Shown here in pieces: positions 47,567-58,067 of a stretch of 63,977 nucleotides of DNA. The stretch covers positions 1 to 63,977 of the forward strand of contig CALXEV010000004.1 in NCBI GenBank assembly GCA_944387425.1, written 5' to 3'. The translations under genes and the position numbers were made by a program. The notes beneath the pieces are model-generated. The model was not told where the DNA came from. It searched no databases and worked only from the letters and a program-made list of their open reading frames with translations. This stretch comes from an uncultured Clostridia bacterium. Its GTDB lineage: Bacteria > Bacillota > Clostridia > TANB77 > CAG-508. How positions within the stretch are numbered: the stretch's first letter is position 1; the number at the start of each line of letters is the position of its first letter.

Positions 47567-48313
47567 TTAATTTGGAATATAATATCCCACTCCTCTTTTT
47601 GTTATCAATATTTGTGGGTTAGATGTATCTTTTTCAATTCTTTCTCTGATTCTTCTTACTGTAACATCAACTGTACGTATATCTCCATAATATTCATATC
47701 CCCAAACTTTTTCAAGTAAAGCTTCTCTTGTAACAACTTGACCTGGTTGTTGTGCTAAAAATTTTAGAACCTCAAATTCTCTTAATGTTAAATTTATTAC
47801 ATTTCCATCAACATTTACTTCATATTTTTCTAAATCTAATACTAGGTTTCCAACTTTTATTGTACTTTGTTTTTTAGGTTCTTTTGGAGTTTCAGCAACA
47901 TTTTGCATTACTTCTGGTGTATAGTGTGTTTCAGCTTTTCTTAAATTTGCTTTAACTCTTGCAACAACTTCTCTTACACTAAATGGTTTTGTTATATAAT
48001 CATCTGCTCCAAGTTCTAGTCCAACTATTTTGTCAAGTTCCTCATCTTTAGCAGATACCATTAATATAGGAACATTATATATATTTTTGATTTTTTTGCA
48101 TACTGAAAGCCCATCCATACGTGGTAACATTATATCTAATAAAATTAAATCTGGTCTTTTTTCTATTGCAATATCTACAGCACTTTGTCCATCATTAGCT
48201 TCTATTGTGTTATAACCTTCTCTTCTTAAATTATGTGCTAATAATTCTACAATCTTTTGTTCATCATCTACTATTAATATTGTCTTTTTCTCATAATCAT
48301 AATTATCTTCCAT
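47567..48313 (-). CDS. OmpR-family response regulator
   Basis: Receiver domain (ILIVDDE, LILLDIMLP) plus a winged helix (RTVDVTVRRIRERI). There is no adjacent kinase. Confidence 0.92.
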   Translation of the reverse strand: MEDNYDYEKKTILIVDDEQKIVELLAHNLRREGYNTIEANDGQSAVDIAIEKRPDLILLDIMLPRMDGLSVCKKIKNIYNVPILMVSAKDEELDKIVGLELGADDYITKPFSVREVVARVKANLRKAETHYTPEVMQNVAETPKEPKKQSTIKVGNLVLDLEKYEVNVDGNVINLTLREFEVLKFLAQQPGQVVTREALLEKVWGYEYYGDIRTVDVTVRRIRERIEKDTSNPQILITKRGVGYYIPN

Positions 48314-48401
48314 AATAACCTCCAGTAGTTTTATATGTATACTTTATATCACAAATTTTACATAGATACAAGTTTTTTATAATAATATTTTTATTTTATA
48401 T

Positions 48402-48489
48402 GAGTAAGGATATATTTCTATTTAAGTCAAAGCTTAGATTGTTAAGCCCTAGCTATGATTTTGACAAAAATAGAAATATATCCTTACTT
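48402..48489 (+). repeat. family-2 structured hairpin element, copy 4 (most divergent core)
   Basis: Perfect 21-bp arms AGTAAGGATATATTTCTATTT / AAATAGAAATATATCCTTACT around the core GTCAAAGCTTAGATTGTTAAGCCCTAGCTATGATTTTGAC. Confidence 0.85.
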
Positions 48490-48495
48490 TAATTA

Positions 48496-49743
48496 TTATA
48501 TTCTAGATAACGCTTTCATTACACCAAACTTTCCATATTCATATGTCAATCCACCCTGCATATATGCTATATAAGGTTCTCTAATTGGTCCATCACAACT
48601 AAGTTCTATTGTTGAACCTTCTGTAAATGTACCTGCGGCCATTATAACTTTATCATCATATCCAGCCATATCACTTGGCTCTGGAATTACATTTGAATCT
48701 ATTGGTGATCCCATTTGAATTCCTTGGCAAAATTTTATTAATTTCTCTGGTGTTCCTAATTCTATTGTTTGGACAATATCTCCTCTAGGCTCATCAAATT
48801 TAGGGTCTACTTTATATCCCAATCTTTCTAACATTCTGCTTGCGAATATAGCTGTTTTTACACTACTTGCTACTACACTTGGTGCAAAGAATAATCCTTT
48901 AATAAATGATATATTTTGATTTAATGATGGTCCTATTTCTTTTCCAACTCCTGGAGCTGTTAATCTTTCAGCACATAATTCTATTAATTCTTTTTTACCT
49001 GCAATATATGCACCACTTGTTGCTATTCCTGCTCCTAAATTCTTCATTAATGAACCTACTATAATATCTGCTCCAACTTCTGATGGTTCTTTTTCTTCAA
49101 CAAATTCTCCATAACAGTTGTCAACCATTATTATAACTTCTTTGTTGACTTCTCTTATTGCTTTTATTGCTTTTTCTACTTTGTCAATTGTTAAGCTTTT
49201 TCTAGTTGAATAGCCTTTTGATTTTTGGATTTCTATTAGTTTTATATCTTTTTTAGCTACTCTTGTTTTTATAGCTTCTATATCAAAATCGTTATTAACT
49301 AAATCTATTTGCTCATATTTAATTCCAAATTCTTTTAAAGAACTTTTGCTTTGTTCTTTACTTATTCCTATAATTGTTTGTAATGTATCATATGGTGCAC
49401 CTGTAATACTTAGCATTGTATCTCCTGGTCTTAATAGTCCAAATAAAGTTACTGCTAATGCATGTGTTCCAGAAATAAGTTGAGTTCTTACAAGTGCATC
49501 TTCTGTTTTCATTATTTCAGCATAAATTTCTTCTATCTTGTTTCTTCCTACTTCGTCAATTCCATATCCTGTTGATGAGTGTAAATGCATTTCTGCTAAA
49601 TTACATTTTTGAAATGCGGATAATACTTTTAAACTATTTAATTCTTTTATGTGTTCTACCTTTTCAAATTGTGGTTTAATTTCTTCTTCAACTTCTTTTG
49701 CTAATTCTAATATTTCTTTTTTTATTCCAAATTCACTATACAT
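48496..49743 (-). CDS. YnbB / aluminium-resistance-family PLP-dependent (Met gamma-lyase-like) protein
   Basis: ~415 aa with overall family resemblance (GYGIDEVGR..., SLMKNLGAGIA). The ATG at 49743 follows a GGGAGG RBS. Confidence 0.7.
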   Translation of the reverse strand: MYSEFGIKKEILELAKEVEEEIKPQFEKVEHIKELNSLKVLSAFQKCNLAEMHLHSSTGYGIDEVGRNKIEEIYAEIMKTEDALVRTQLISGTHALAVTLFGLLRPGDTMLSITGAPYDTLQTIIGISKEQSKSSLKEFGIKYEQIDLVNNDFDIEAIKTRVAKKDIKLIEIQKSKGYSTRKSLTIDKVEKAIKAIREVNKEVIIMVDNCYGEFVEEKEPSEVGADIIVGSLMKNLGAGIATSGAYIAGKKELIELCAERLTAPGVGKEIGPSLNQNISFIKGLFFAPSVVASSVKTAIFASRMLERLGYKVDPKFDEPRGDIVQTIELGTPEKLIKFCQGIQMGSPIDSNVIPEPSDMAGYDDKVIMAAGTFTEGSTIELSCDGPIREPYIAYMQGGLTYEYGKFGVMKALSRI

Positions 49744-49802
49744 TATTTTTCCTCCCAATACTATATATAATACGACTTTTTTAGTATTTTTGCAAGTTCA
49801 TT

Positions 49803-50543
49803 TTATCCAGTTTTGCTCATTATATCTTTTTTCATTTTATTTATAATCTTTTTTTCTAATCTAGAAATATAACTTTGAGAAATTCCTAATTCATCAGCAA
49901 CCTCTTTCTGAGTTTTTTCCTTTCCACTTATAAATCCAAATCTCATCTCCATTATATTTTTTTCTCTATCATTTAGCTTCTTTATGGCTTCCTTTAAAAG
50001 TTTTAAATCTACTTCATCTTCTAAATTCCTGTAAGTTACATCAGGGTCTGTTCCTAATATATCAGATAATAATAATTCATTCCCATCACTATCTTTATTT
50101 AATGGCTCATCTATTGATACTTCTGTTTTTATTTTGTTATTTCTCCTTAGATACATTAAGATTTCATTTTCTATGCACCTAGAAGCATATGTAGCCAATT
50201 TTATTTTTTTCTCAGAATTGAATGTATTAACACTTTTCATTAATCCTATAGTTCCTATAGAAATTAAGTCTTCTATTCCTATTCCTGTGTTTTCGAATTT
50301 TTTAGCAATATATACAACTAATCTTAAATTTCTTTCTACTAATGTCTTTCTAGCTTCTGGTGCATCTTCTGTATCTAACTTTTTTATTACTTCCTCTTCT
50401 TCCTCTGGAGTTAATGGTGGTGGCAATGTTTGACTTCCTGCCACATAAAATATTGGTAATATTTCGTCATCTTCTAATTTTCCGTCTATGTATTTAGCAC
50501 ATATTGCACTTATGCTCTTTTTTATAAACTGTATAAAATTCAT
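49803..50543 (-). CDS. sigE: sporulation sigma factor SigE (pro-sigma-E)
   Basis: Near-identical blocks to B. subtilis SigE: ALPPPL-type [61 protein letters not shown] and [13 protein letters not shown]. It also carries an N-terminal pro-sequence. Confidence 0.9.
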   Translation of the reverse strand: MNFIQFIKKSISAICAKYIDGKLEDDEILPIFYVAGSQTLPPPLTPEEEEEVIKKLDTEDAPEARKTLVERNLRLVVYIAKKFENTGIGIEDLISIGTIGLMKSVNTFNSEKKIKLATYASRCIENEILMYLRRNNKIKTEVSIDEPLNKDSDGNELLLSDILGTDPDVTYRNLEDEVDLKLLKEAIKKLNDREKNIMEMRFGFISGKEKTQKEVADELGISQSYISRLEKKIINKMKKDIMSKTG

Positions 50544-50654
50544 GTTTCCTCCTTTATTTTATTTCACTTCACCTCTTTTCTGGATTTATTGTACAACTTT
50601 TAACATGAAAATACTGTCTTTTCTTATTGTAGAAAAAAAGAAATAATCGACAAA

Positions 50655-50724
50655 TTGCCATAAGGGACGTTCCTTAATGGCAAATCTTTATAAATTTGTC
50701 ACCAAGGACCGTCCCCTATGGCAA
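50655..50724. repeat. family-1 repeat cluster 5 (two C units, opposite orientation)
   Basis: TTGCCAT[AAGGGACGTTCCTTA]ATGGCAA (50655-50683) and TTGTCA[CCAAGGACCGTCCCCTA]TGGCAA (50696-50724). The cluster ends 5 nt after the patatin stop and lies ~110-180 nt upstream of sigE. Confidence 0.85.
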
Positions 50725-50729
50725 AAAAA

Positions 50730-51590
50730 CTAAATGTCTAATTTTTTTATTATTTGATTTATATTTTTAATAGTAGTATCATATCCATATTTATAACATT
50801 CATCTAGCTTCTCAATGTCAAATAATCCTGCACTATCTGTTGGAATTGTAAGAATATAATCACTCTGTTCCATAGATTTTTCTGCAATTTTATTTCCCAT
50901 TAAATCTATTGTTTTCATAATAATATCCATTATATCACTATTCTTATCTACAGGATCGGCTTTGAAATTAACTGCAATGACTTTTTTATCACATACTTTT
51001 TTTAGTTCTGCTACTGGAACATTATCTACTGCTCCACCATCCATAAACATGTGGTCTTTATATTCACATGGACAAAATACAGCTGGAAAACTACAACTTG
51101 CTCTAACTGCTTTTCCTATCTCAATTTCAGTAATATATTTATCTTTCTTCTTGTCTCGTGGTGCACAATTTGTAAATACATATTCTTTTGCTTCACTCAC
51201 ATCTACAGTAGGAATTACAATTGGCATTTTTATATCACCAATCATTCTAAATTTTTTTCTTACTGCAAGTTCGTTAAACATCTTTTCTAAAAGTGTTCCA
51301 TCATTAATTCCTGCAATTCCTACTTTTTTGTTTTTTATAAAGCTTCCAATTCCATTTACAATTTGTACATTTCCTAAATTAATTATTTCTTGAGCATATT
51401 TTTTAAATAATATATATATATAATATGGTTTATAACCCATGGCATATAGAGTAGCTACTATGCTTCCTGCACTCGTTCCACCTATTGCATCTATTTTAAT
51501 GTTTTTTTCTTCTAATGCTTTTAGAACTCCAGCATGAGCTATTCCTCTAATTCCGCCACCTGCTAATGCAATACCAATTCCCATAAACAT
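50730..51590 (-). CDS. patatin-like phospholipase
   Basis: GGGIRGIAHAGVL oxyanion motif, the GTSAGS nucleophile elbow and DGG. Confidence 0.88.
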   Translation of the reverse strand: MFMGIGIALAGGGIRGIAHAGVLKALEEKNIKIDAIGGTSAGSIVATLYAMGYKPYYIYILFKKYAQEIINLGNVQIVNGIGSFIKNKKVGIAGINDGTLLEKMFNELAVRKKFRMIGDIKMPIVIPTVDVSEAKEYVFTNCAPRDKKKDKYITEIEIGKAVRASCSFPAVFCPCEYKDHMFMDGGAVDNVPVAELKKVCDKKVIAVNFKADPVDKNSDIMDIIMKTIDLMGNKIAEKSMEQSDYILTIPTDSAGLFDIEKLDECYKYGYDTTIKNINQIIKKLDI

Positions 51591-51640
51591 TTCCTTTCAT
51601 ATATGATATATTAAGTATTTGCTTTTTTTCATTTTTTAAA

Positions 51641-53062
51641 CTAATTTTCTATTTTATTTCCATTATTATCAATGAAATATTCTTCAGTATCATTATAAAT
51701 TCTAATTTTATCTTCTAATTCTTCTATATTCATATTTGTTATTTGTACTATTAATTTTATCTCATTATTATATATATATCCTGTGTTTGTTGCAAAATCT
51801 ATTGCTTGAACTATATTTTTTTCTTTTACTAATTGAACTACATCATATATAAAATCCACAATAACATTTCCACCATCATCTATAATACCTGATTTTCCAG
51901 TTTCATTTGTCGCTATAAAATATTTGTCAAATAAATATTCTATATAACTATATTTCTGTTCAAATAATGCTGTAAAATCTGACTTCAAAATTGAATATCC
52001 ACTATCTTCTTTTCTTATATAATACTCTGGATTTGTAGTTTTTTCAATTATTGTTGTAAATGGTATATTTATTTCATTTCCTTTTGTATTAAATACTTTT
52101 TGTTCATTTTCTTTTTGGGCATAAATATATATTCCATTTACTTGAATATCAGTGTATTCTGGTTTTAATATTTCTGCTCCATTTTCATCCATTACACCGA
52201 ATTTTCCAGTTCTTTCTACTATAAATATTTTTAATTCACTATTATATGTTATTGATTGATATTGTGTTTTTACAATTTCTGTTCCATTTATAAAAACACC
52301 AAATTGTCCATTTCTAGAGGCTATTAAATATATATTTTCATTATTTCCTACATCAGTTAGTCTTGTTATTTGATTATATTGGTCTTCTAAAACTTTTCCA
52401 CCTTCATAATCATAATATCCATATCTATATCCATCATTAGTAATTGTACAAACTATATATCCTGATTTATTATATCCATCTGCTTGAGAATAATATTCGT
52501 CAGATTCTATTGAGTCATAAATGTTTTTTATAATTGTATTTCCTCTACTATCTACTAATCCATATTTTTCATTTTCTTTTACTACAATTTCTCCTTCTTT
52601 GAACCCTAGACTATATATTTCATCATATTTGGCATCTAAAATTCTTTTACCTGTCATGTTTATTAAGCCATATTTATCATCTGACTTATAAATTAATACA
52701 TTTCTTTCATATTTTTCTTCTGTTAAATTAGATAATTGTATAGGCTCTACATCATCATAATTTGTAAAAATTTCTTTATTTTCATTATTTAATATTTTTT
52801 TTTCTTCTCCATTTAAGCACACAAATACAGCTCTATGTTCATTTGGAATTATTATTTTTTCATATTGAGGTTCAATTACAGTTTCGTCCTTTTCATTTTT
52901 AACTCCAAATTTTTCATTTTCATTTATTACTGTATATACAATTGATTCATCTTCTATTTCTTCACCAATTTTATCTTTATTTGGTATATATATTGATAAT
53001 ATTAGACTTATTAATATTATTGCTACACTTATTACTACTATAATACTTGTTTTTTTTGTCAT
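51641..53062 (-). CDS. WG-repeat (KWG-type) protein with N-terminal membrane anchor
   Basis: Repeated K(F/Y)G(V/L)x(D/N)xxGxxIIxPxYDxI units, at least 6 copies. Confidence 0.75.
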   Translation of the reverse strand: MTKKTSIIVVISVAIILISLILSIYIPNKDKIGEEIEDESIVYTVINENEKFGVKNEKDETVIEPQYEKIIIPNEHRAVFVCLNGEEKKILNNENKEIFTNYDDVEPIQLSNLTEEKYERNVLIYKSDDKYGLINMTGKRILDAKYDEIYSLGFKEGEIVVKENEKYGLVDSRGNTIIKNIYDSIESDEYYSQADGYNKSGYIVCTITNDGYRYGYYDYEGGKVLEDQYNQITRLTDVGNNENIYLIASRNGQFGVFINGTEIVKTQYQSITYNSELKIFIVERTGKFGVMDENGAEILKPEYTDIQVNGIYIYAQKENEQKVFNTKGNEINIPFTTIIEKTTNPEYYIRKEDSGYSILKSDFTALFEQKYSYIEYLFDKYFIATNETGKSGIIDDGGNVIVDFIYDVVQLVKEKNIVQAIDFATNTGYIYNNEIKLIVQITNMNIEELEDKIRIYNDTEEYFIDNNGNKIEN

Positions 53063-53088
53063 ATATTTTACCTCTTTAAAATCCGCTT

Positions 53089-54084
53089 TTATCTTCTATC
53101 TAATGAATCTAGATTATCTAGTGCCTTTCCTGTTCCTAATGCTACACATGATACTGCATCATTTGCAATCATAACATTTATTCCTGTTTTTTCTTGTAGA
53201 AGCTTGTCTAATCCATCTATTAAACATCCTCCACCTGTCATGTAAATTCCTCTATCACTAATATCTGCTGCTAATTCTGGTGGTGTTTTTTCTAATACCG
53301 AATGTACTGCATCTACAATTAACATCGCTGGTTCTATTAATGCTTCTAGCATTTCACTTGAATATATTGTTACTGTTTTTGGAAGTCCTGTTACTAAGTC
53401 TCTGCCTCTGATTTCCATTTCTGCATCTTGAATTTTTGGATAAACACATCCAATATTTATTTTTAAGTCTTCAGCTGTTCTTTCGCCAATCATTATATTA
53501 TGTTTTTTCTTGATATATTTAACTATATATTCATCAAATTTATCTCCTGCAACTTTTAAAGATGTACTTTCAACTGAACCTCCAAGAGAGATTACCGCTA
53601 TATCAGTTGTTCCTCCCCCAATATCTACAACCATATTTCCACATGGCTTTGCAATATCTATTCCAGCACCTATTGCCGCTGCTATTGGTTCTTCTATTAA
53701 AAATACTTTTCTTGCACCTGCTTGTGTGGCCGCATCTATTACTGCTTTTTTTTCAACTTCTGTAACTCTTGATGGAATACATATCATTGTTCTAGGTGAA
53801 AATATTGTTTTTCCATTTACTTTATTAATGAAATATTTTAACATTTTTTCTGTTACTGTGTAATCTGATATTACTCCTTCTCTTAATGGTCTTGTTGCTA
53901 CTATGTTTCCTGGTGTTCTTCCTAACATTCTCCTTGCTTCTTGTCCTACTGCTAAAACTTCTTTTGTATTACTGTCTACAGCAACTACAGATGGTTCTCT
54001 TAGAACTACACCTTTTCCTTTTATATAAGCTATTACTGTTGCTGTTCCCAAGTCGATTCCAATGTCTTGACCAAAATTAAACAT
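53089..54084 (-). CDS. mreB: rod shape-determining protein MreB/Mbl
   Basis: IGIDLGTA, VVDIGGGTTD and the actin-fold motifs. Confidence 0.93.
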   Translation of the reverse strand: MFNFGQDIGIDLGTATVIAYIKGKGVVLREPSVVAVDSNTKEVLAVGQEARRMLGRTPGNIVATRPLREGVISDYTVTEKMLKYFINKVNGKTIFSPRTMICIPSRVTEVEKKAVIDAATQAGARKVFLIEEPIAAAIGAGIDIAKPCGNMVVDIGGGTTDIAVISLGGSVESTSLKVAGDKFDEYIVKYIKKKHNIMIGERTAEDLKINIGCVYPKIQDAEMEIRGRDLVTGLPKTVTIYSSEMLEALIEPAMLIVDAVHSVLEKTPPELAADISDRGIYMTGGGCLIDGLDKLLQEKTGINVMIANDAVSCVALGTGKALDNLDSLDRR

Positions 54085-54107
54085 TCTAATTCCTTTCCTT
54101 TCATGCT

Positions 54108-54485
54108 TTATTTTTTAATATTCATAATAACAACCCCAATTATTACTAAAGCTGCACCACCAATACTTAGTCCTGTTAATCTTTCTTTTAGTATTAACCA
54201 TGATGCTACCATTATCATAACTTGCGCAATACCATTGCAAATTGGTGATATGTAACTAACATTTTCAAACATCATTATTATTCTTGTGAATAATAAAAAG
54301 CTTATTATATAGCATATAAATCCTAATGCACTTATCCAACTAATTGTAAATCCAAATTCTCCAGCAGTTAATGTGATTTTCCCTGCATTTCCACCTTTTT
54401 TCATTAATATTAATCCTGATACCGTAAATATTAAATATAAAATAATCATTAAAATTCTCATTATATCTTTTCTCCTTATTTCCAT
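54108..54485 (-). CDS. small 4-TM EamA/SMR-like protein (candidate lipid-linked sugar flippase subunit)
   Basis: 125 aa with four TM helices. It starts 2 nt after the upstream GT2 gene. Confidence 0.5.
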   Translation of the reverse strand: MEIRRKDIMRILMIILYLIFTVSGLILMKKGGNAGKITLTAGEFGFTISWISALGFICYIISFLLFTRIIMMFENVSYISPICNGIAQVMIMVASWLILKERLTGLSIGGAALVIIGVVIMNIKK

Positions 54486-54487
54486 TT

Positions 54488-55429
54488 TTATTCCTCTTTC
54501 TCTGTTTCTTTTATTATATATATTGGTCTCTTTTTAACTTCTAAGTAAGTTTTTGACAAATATTGTCCTATTATACCAATTGAGAATAATTGAACTCCAC
54601 TTACAAATACTATTATACAAGCTAATGATGGCCAACCAGATGTTGGGTCTCCAAATACTAAAGTTTTAATAATTATAAGTATTATTGCTAAAAATGCTAC
54701 TATACAAAATACTATTCCTATTACCGAAGATATAATTAGTGGTGTTGTTGAAAACGCTGTTATTCCTTCTATAGCATATTTAAATAGTTTCCAAAATGAC
54801 CATTTTGTTTCTCCTGCCACTCTTTCTACATTTTCATATTCTATCCATTTTGTATTATATCCAACAAAACTAAATAGTCCTTTTGAATATCTATTATATT
54901 CTCTTAAGCTAATTATACTGTCTACTACTTGCCTTTTCATTAATCTGTAGTCTCTAGCACCATCTACCATTTCTATGTCAGACATTTTATTGATTATTTT
55001 GTAAAATATTCTAGCAAAGAAACTTCTTATAGGTGGTTCACCTTTTCTAGTAACTCTTCTTGTTCCTACAGCATCATAATTTTCATTTTTAATTGCATCA
55101 TACATTTGTCTTAATAATGCTGGTGGATCTTGTAAGTCAGCATCCATAACAGCTACATAATCTCCTACTGATGCATCTAGACCAGCAAGCATTGCAGCTT
55201 CTTTTCCAAAATTTCTAGAAAATGAAACATATCTTACTTTACTATCTTTTTCTCTTAGCCCTTTTATTATTTCCAATGTTTTATCTTTTGAACCGTCATT
55301 TATAAAAATATATTCAAATTCTGCTATATTTTCAAAATCTTGTTTTCTAACTCTTTCCATTTCTTCATAAAATAATGGTAATGCTTTTTCTTCATTATAA
55401 CATGAAACTACTACTGATATTTTCTCCAT
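54488..55429 (-). CDS. GT2 polyprenyl-phosphate glycosyltransferase (GtrB/CsbB/ArnC-like)
   Basis: ISVVVSCYNEE, DGSKDKT and DADLQDPP motifs plus two C-terminal TM helices. Confidence 0.85.
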   Translation of the reverse strand: MEKISVVVSCYNEEKALPLFYEEMERVRKQDFENIAEFEYIFINDGSKDKTLEIIKGLREKDSKVRYVSFSRNFGKEAAMLAGLDASVGDYVAVMDADLQDPPALLRQMYDAIKNENYDAVGTRRVTRKGEPPIRSFFARIFYKIINKMSDIEMVDGARDYRLMKRQVVDSIISLREYNRYSKGLFSFVGYNTKWIEYENVERVAGETKWSFWKLFKYAIEGITAFSTTPLIISSVIGIVFCIVAFLAIILIIIKTLVFGDPTSGWPSLACIIVFVSGVQLFSIGIIGQYLSKTYLEVKKRPIYIIKETEKEE

Positions 55430-55463
55430 TTTATATTCCTTTCTTAACTTCGTTAATAGAATA

Positions 55464-56951
55464 TTATTTTGATACTAATATATGACTATTATAAAATTTT
55501 GAAGTTTTCATCAATTCATCATTAATATATTCAATCCCATATTTTTCGATTAGTGTGTTTTCATTTGAAAACAAATTTGTTCCAAGTGCTAATCTGTCAC
55601 CATCTATTTTAACTCCTAATGCTACTAATGTTGTTGGATATAAATCCATTGTAGAATATTTTCTGTTTGTAGTATTTTCAGCTTGAACTGCTGAATTTAT
55701 AATTACATTTACTACTTTTTTGTCATATTCCTGTCCATCTTCAAGTTCAAAAAAATCTGATTGCATTGTTAAGTGATCTCCAGAAATTACTATAGTAGTA
55801 TTATCATAAAAATCTTGTTGTTTAATCCATTCAATAAATTCTCCCACTTTTTTGCTTGAACATGATATAACATTTTTATATTGTTCGTTCCATAAGTTTT
55901 CACAATCTTTGCAAATATATCCATCAGGGAAATGTGTATCAGCAGTTAACATTGTAAAATTAAAAGGTTCTTCTTTACTTGCAAGATTTAATATTTGTTC
56001 TTTCGCATATTCAAACAATAAATCATCTGAATATCCCCACCATATTTTTTCTGATACTCTTTTTTCTTCTAAAGCTGTTTTGAAATCCCAAATTTCATAA
56101 TTACCATGTTGTTTAAATAAATTACTTCTACCGCCAAAAGTAGCATCTGAACCTAATAACAGAAAATTGTGATATCCATTTTTCTCCAATATTTGTCCAA
56201 TACTATATGCCCCCTCAAGGAAAACACTATATTCTCCTAAAGCATTATTGTCTATACTTATTTTCAATGGTAGTCCTGCTGTTTGTGCAACCATTGCTCC
56301 AACAGTCCATGTTGTTCCATATAATGTATCTGCTCCTCCTAATGGAGTATTATCTGTAAAGCAAATATTTTCTTTTGCTAATTTTGAAATTTCTGGTATC
56401 AAATCATCATTTGACATACCACCATCTTCTTTTTGATAATATGTTGTTTCCATTGATTCCAAAAAGATATATATTAGATTTCTTTTTTCCTCCGGAAATT
56501 CAAGTGCTACATTTTCTGGTACAACATATTCATTCTCTATAAATGTAGAATCATTTAATTGATTTGCCACATATTGCTTTATATCTGTTGCTGAAGTTAT
56601 TTTTGTAACACTTACAATAAGTATCATTACTGCAATACATGAACTTATTAATACTGTTCTTCTTCTTTTAGAAGTGTGTATGCTATTTATAATTTTAATG
56701 TCTTTTACCATTGGATATATTAATATAAATGAAATTATTAATGTTGGTAATATTACTTTCCATAAACATTCTTTTATAAAAATAAAGATAATGTCTGTGT
56801 TAGTTCCTTCCATTGGAACTTTTAAATGAAATATAATTTCATCCATTGATAAATGTCCAAATGTATCATATAACCATTCAATAGTTACTGTTGCCCCAAA
56901 TGCTATTAGAAGACAAACAACTATCAAAATTGCTATAATCCTTTTCTTCAT
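55464..56951 (-). CDS. LTA synthase-family (sulfatase-domain) membrane protein
   Basis: N-terminal TM helices plus an extracellular sulfatase-like domain (IYIFLESMETTYY, SGDHL). Confidence 0.75.
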   Translation of the reverse strand: MKKRIIAILIVVCLLIAFGATVTIEWLYDTFGHLSMDEIIFHLKVPMEGTNTDIIFIFIKECLWKVILPTLIISFILIYPMVKDIKIINSIHTSKRRRTVLISSCIAVMILIVSVTKITSATDIKQYVANQLNDSTFIENEYVVPENVALEFPEEKRNLIYIFLESMETTYYQKEDGGMSNDDLIPEISKLAKENICFTDNTPLGGADTLYGTTWTVGAMVAQTAGLPLKISIDNNALGEYSVFLEGAYSIGQILEKNGYHNFLLLGSDATFGGRSNLFKQHGNYEIWDFKTALEEKRVSEKIWWGYSDDLLFEYAKEQILNLASKEEPFNFTMLTADTHFPDGYICKDCENLWNEQYKNVISCSSKKVGEFIEWIKQQDFYDNTTIVISGDHLTMQSDFFELEDGQEYDKKVVNVIINSAVQAENTTNRKYSTMDLYPTTLVALGVKIDGDRLALGTNLFSNENTLIEKYGIEYINDELMKTSKFYNSHILVSK

Positions 56952-56966
56952 TTACTGCTCCTATTT

Positions 56967-57974
56967 CTATTTATTTTGATTTTGTATATATCTCCAAGAA
57001 TCTTGGCACATATCTTTTAATGTTTTTGTTGCTTCCCAACTTAATTCTTTTTTTGCTTTTTCTGGATTAGAATAACACATTGCAATATCTCCTGCTCTAC
57101 GTGGTGCAATTTTATAGTTTACCTTTTTGCCTGTAGCTTCTTCAAATGCTTTTACCATATCTAATACACTGTATCCTATTCCTGTTCCTAAATTATATAT
57201 ATATATTCCTTGTTGTTCTTTTTCAAGTTTTTCTAATGCTTTTAAATGTCCTTTTGCTAAATCTACGACATGAATATAATCTCTAACTCCTGTCCCATCA
57301 GGTGTATCATAATCATTTCCAAATACAGAAAGCTGTTCTAGTTCTCCTGATGCAACTCTTACTATATAAGGCATTAAATTATTTGGAATTCCTTGTGGTT
57401 CTTCTCCTATTAAACCGCTTTCATGTGCACCTACTGGATTGAAATATCTAAGTATTGCAATATCCCAAGTATTATCAGATTTATATAAATCTTGTAATAT
57501 TTGTTCAATAAATAATTTTGTTGTTCCATATGGGTTTGTAGTTCCACCTATTTTACAATCTTCTGTTATAGGTATTCTTTCTGGTTCACCATATACTGTT
57601 GCAGATGAACTAAAAATAAACTTTTTAACCCCATATTTTTTCATTGTTTCTAATAAGACTAATGCTCCTGATATATTATTTTCATAATACTCAAGTGGTT
57701 TTTTTACTGATTCTCCAACAGCTTTATATCCTGCAAAATTTAAAACCGCTTCTATTTTATTTTCTTCAAATACTTTTTCTAATTCTTTTCTATCTAAATA
57801 ATTTATATTATAAAATTTGAAGTCTTTTCCTGTGATTTTTTTTATATTGTCTAGCACTTCTGGTTTACTATTTGAGAAATTATCTATTATTACTATTTCT
57901 CTCCCCGCATTAAGCAGTTCTACTGAAGTATGGCTTCCTATGAAACCTGCTCCTCCTGTTACTAATATTGACAT
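56967..57974 (-). CDS. galE: UDP-glucose 4-epimerase
   Basis: [21 protein letters not shown] and YGTTK. Confidence 0.93.
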   Translation of the reverse strand: MSILVTGGAGFIGSHTSVELLNAGREIVIIDNFSNSKPEVLDNIKKITGKDFKFYNINYLDRKELEKVFEENKIEAVLNFAGYKAVGESVKKPLEYYENNISGALVLLETMKKYGVKKFIFSSSATVYGEPERIPITEDCKIGGTTNPYGTTKLFIEQILQDLYKSDNTWDIAILRYFNPVGAHESGLIGEEPQGIPNNLMPYIVRVASGELEQLSVFGNDYDTPDGTGVRDYIHVVDLAKGHLKALEKLEKEQQGIYIYNLGTGIGYSVLDMVKAFEEATGKKVNYKIAPRRAGDIAMCYSNPEKAKKELSWEATKTLKDMCQDSWRYIQNQNK

Positions 57975-58017
57975 TTTTTAATCCCTTCTTTCTTTTGATA
58001 TTTTACTATAAAACCAA

Positions 58018-58046
58018 GAAAATAGCAAGATTTTCTTGCTATTTTC
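58018..58046 (-). terminator. terminator hairpin after the ChW-GH25 gene
   Basis: 13-bp stem GAAAATAGCAAGA / TCTTGCTATTTTC. Confidence 0.55.
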
Positions 58047-58067
58047 ACGAAATAATAATTTTAAATT

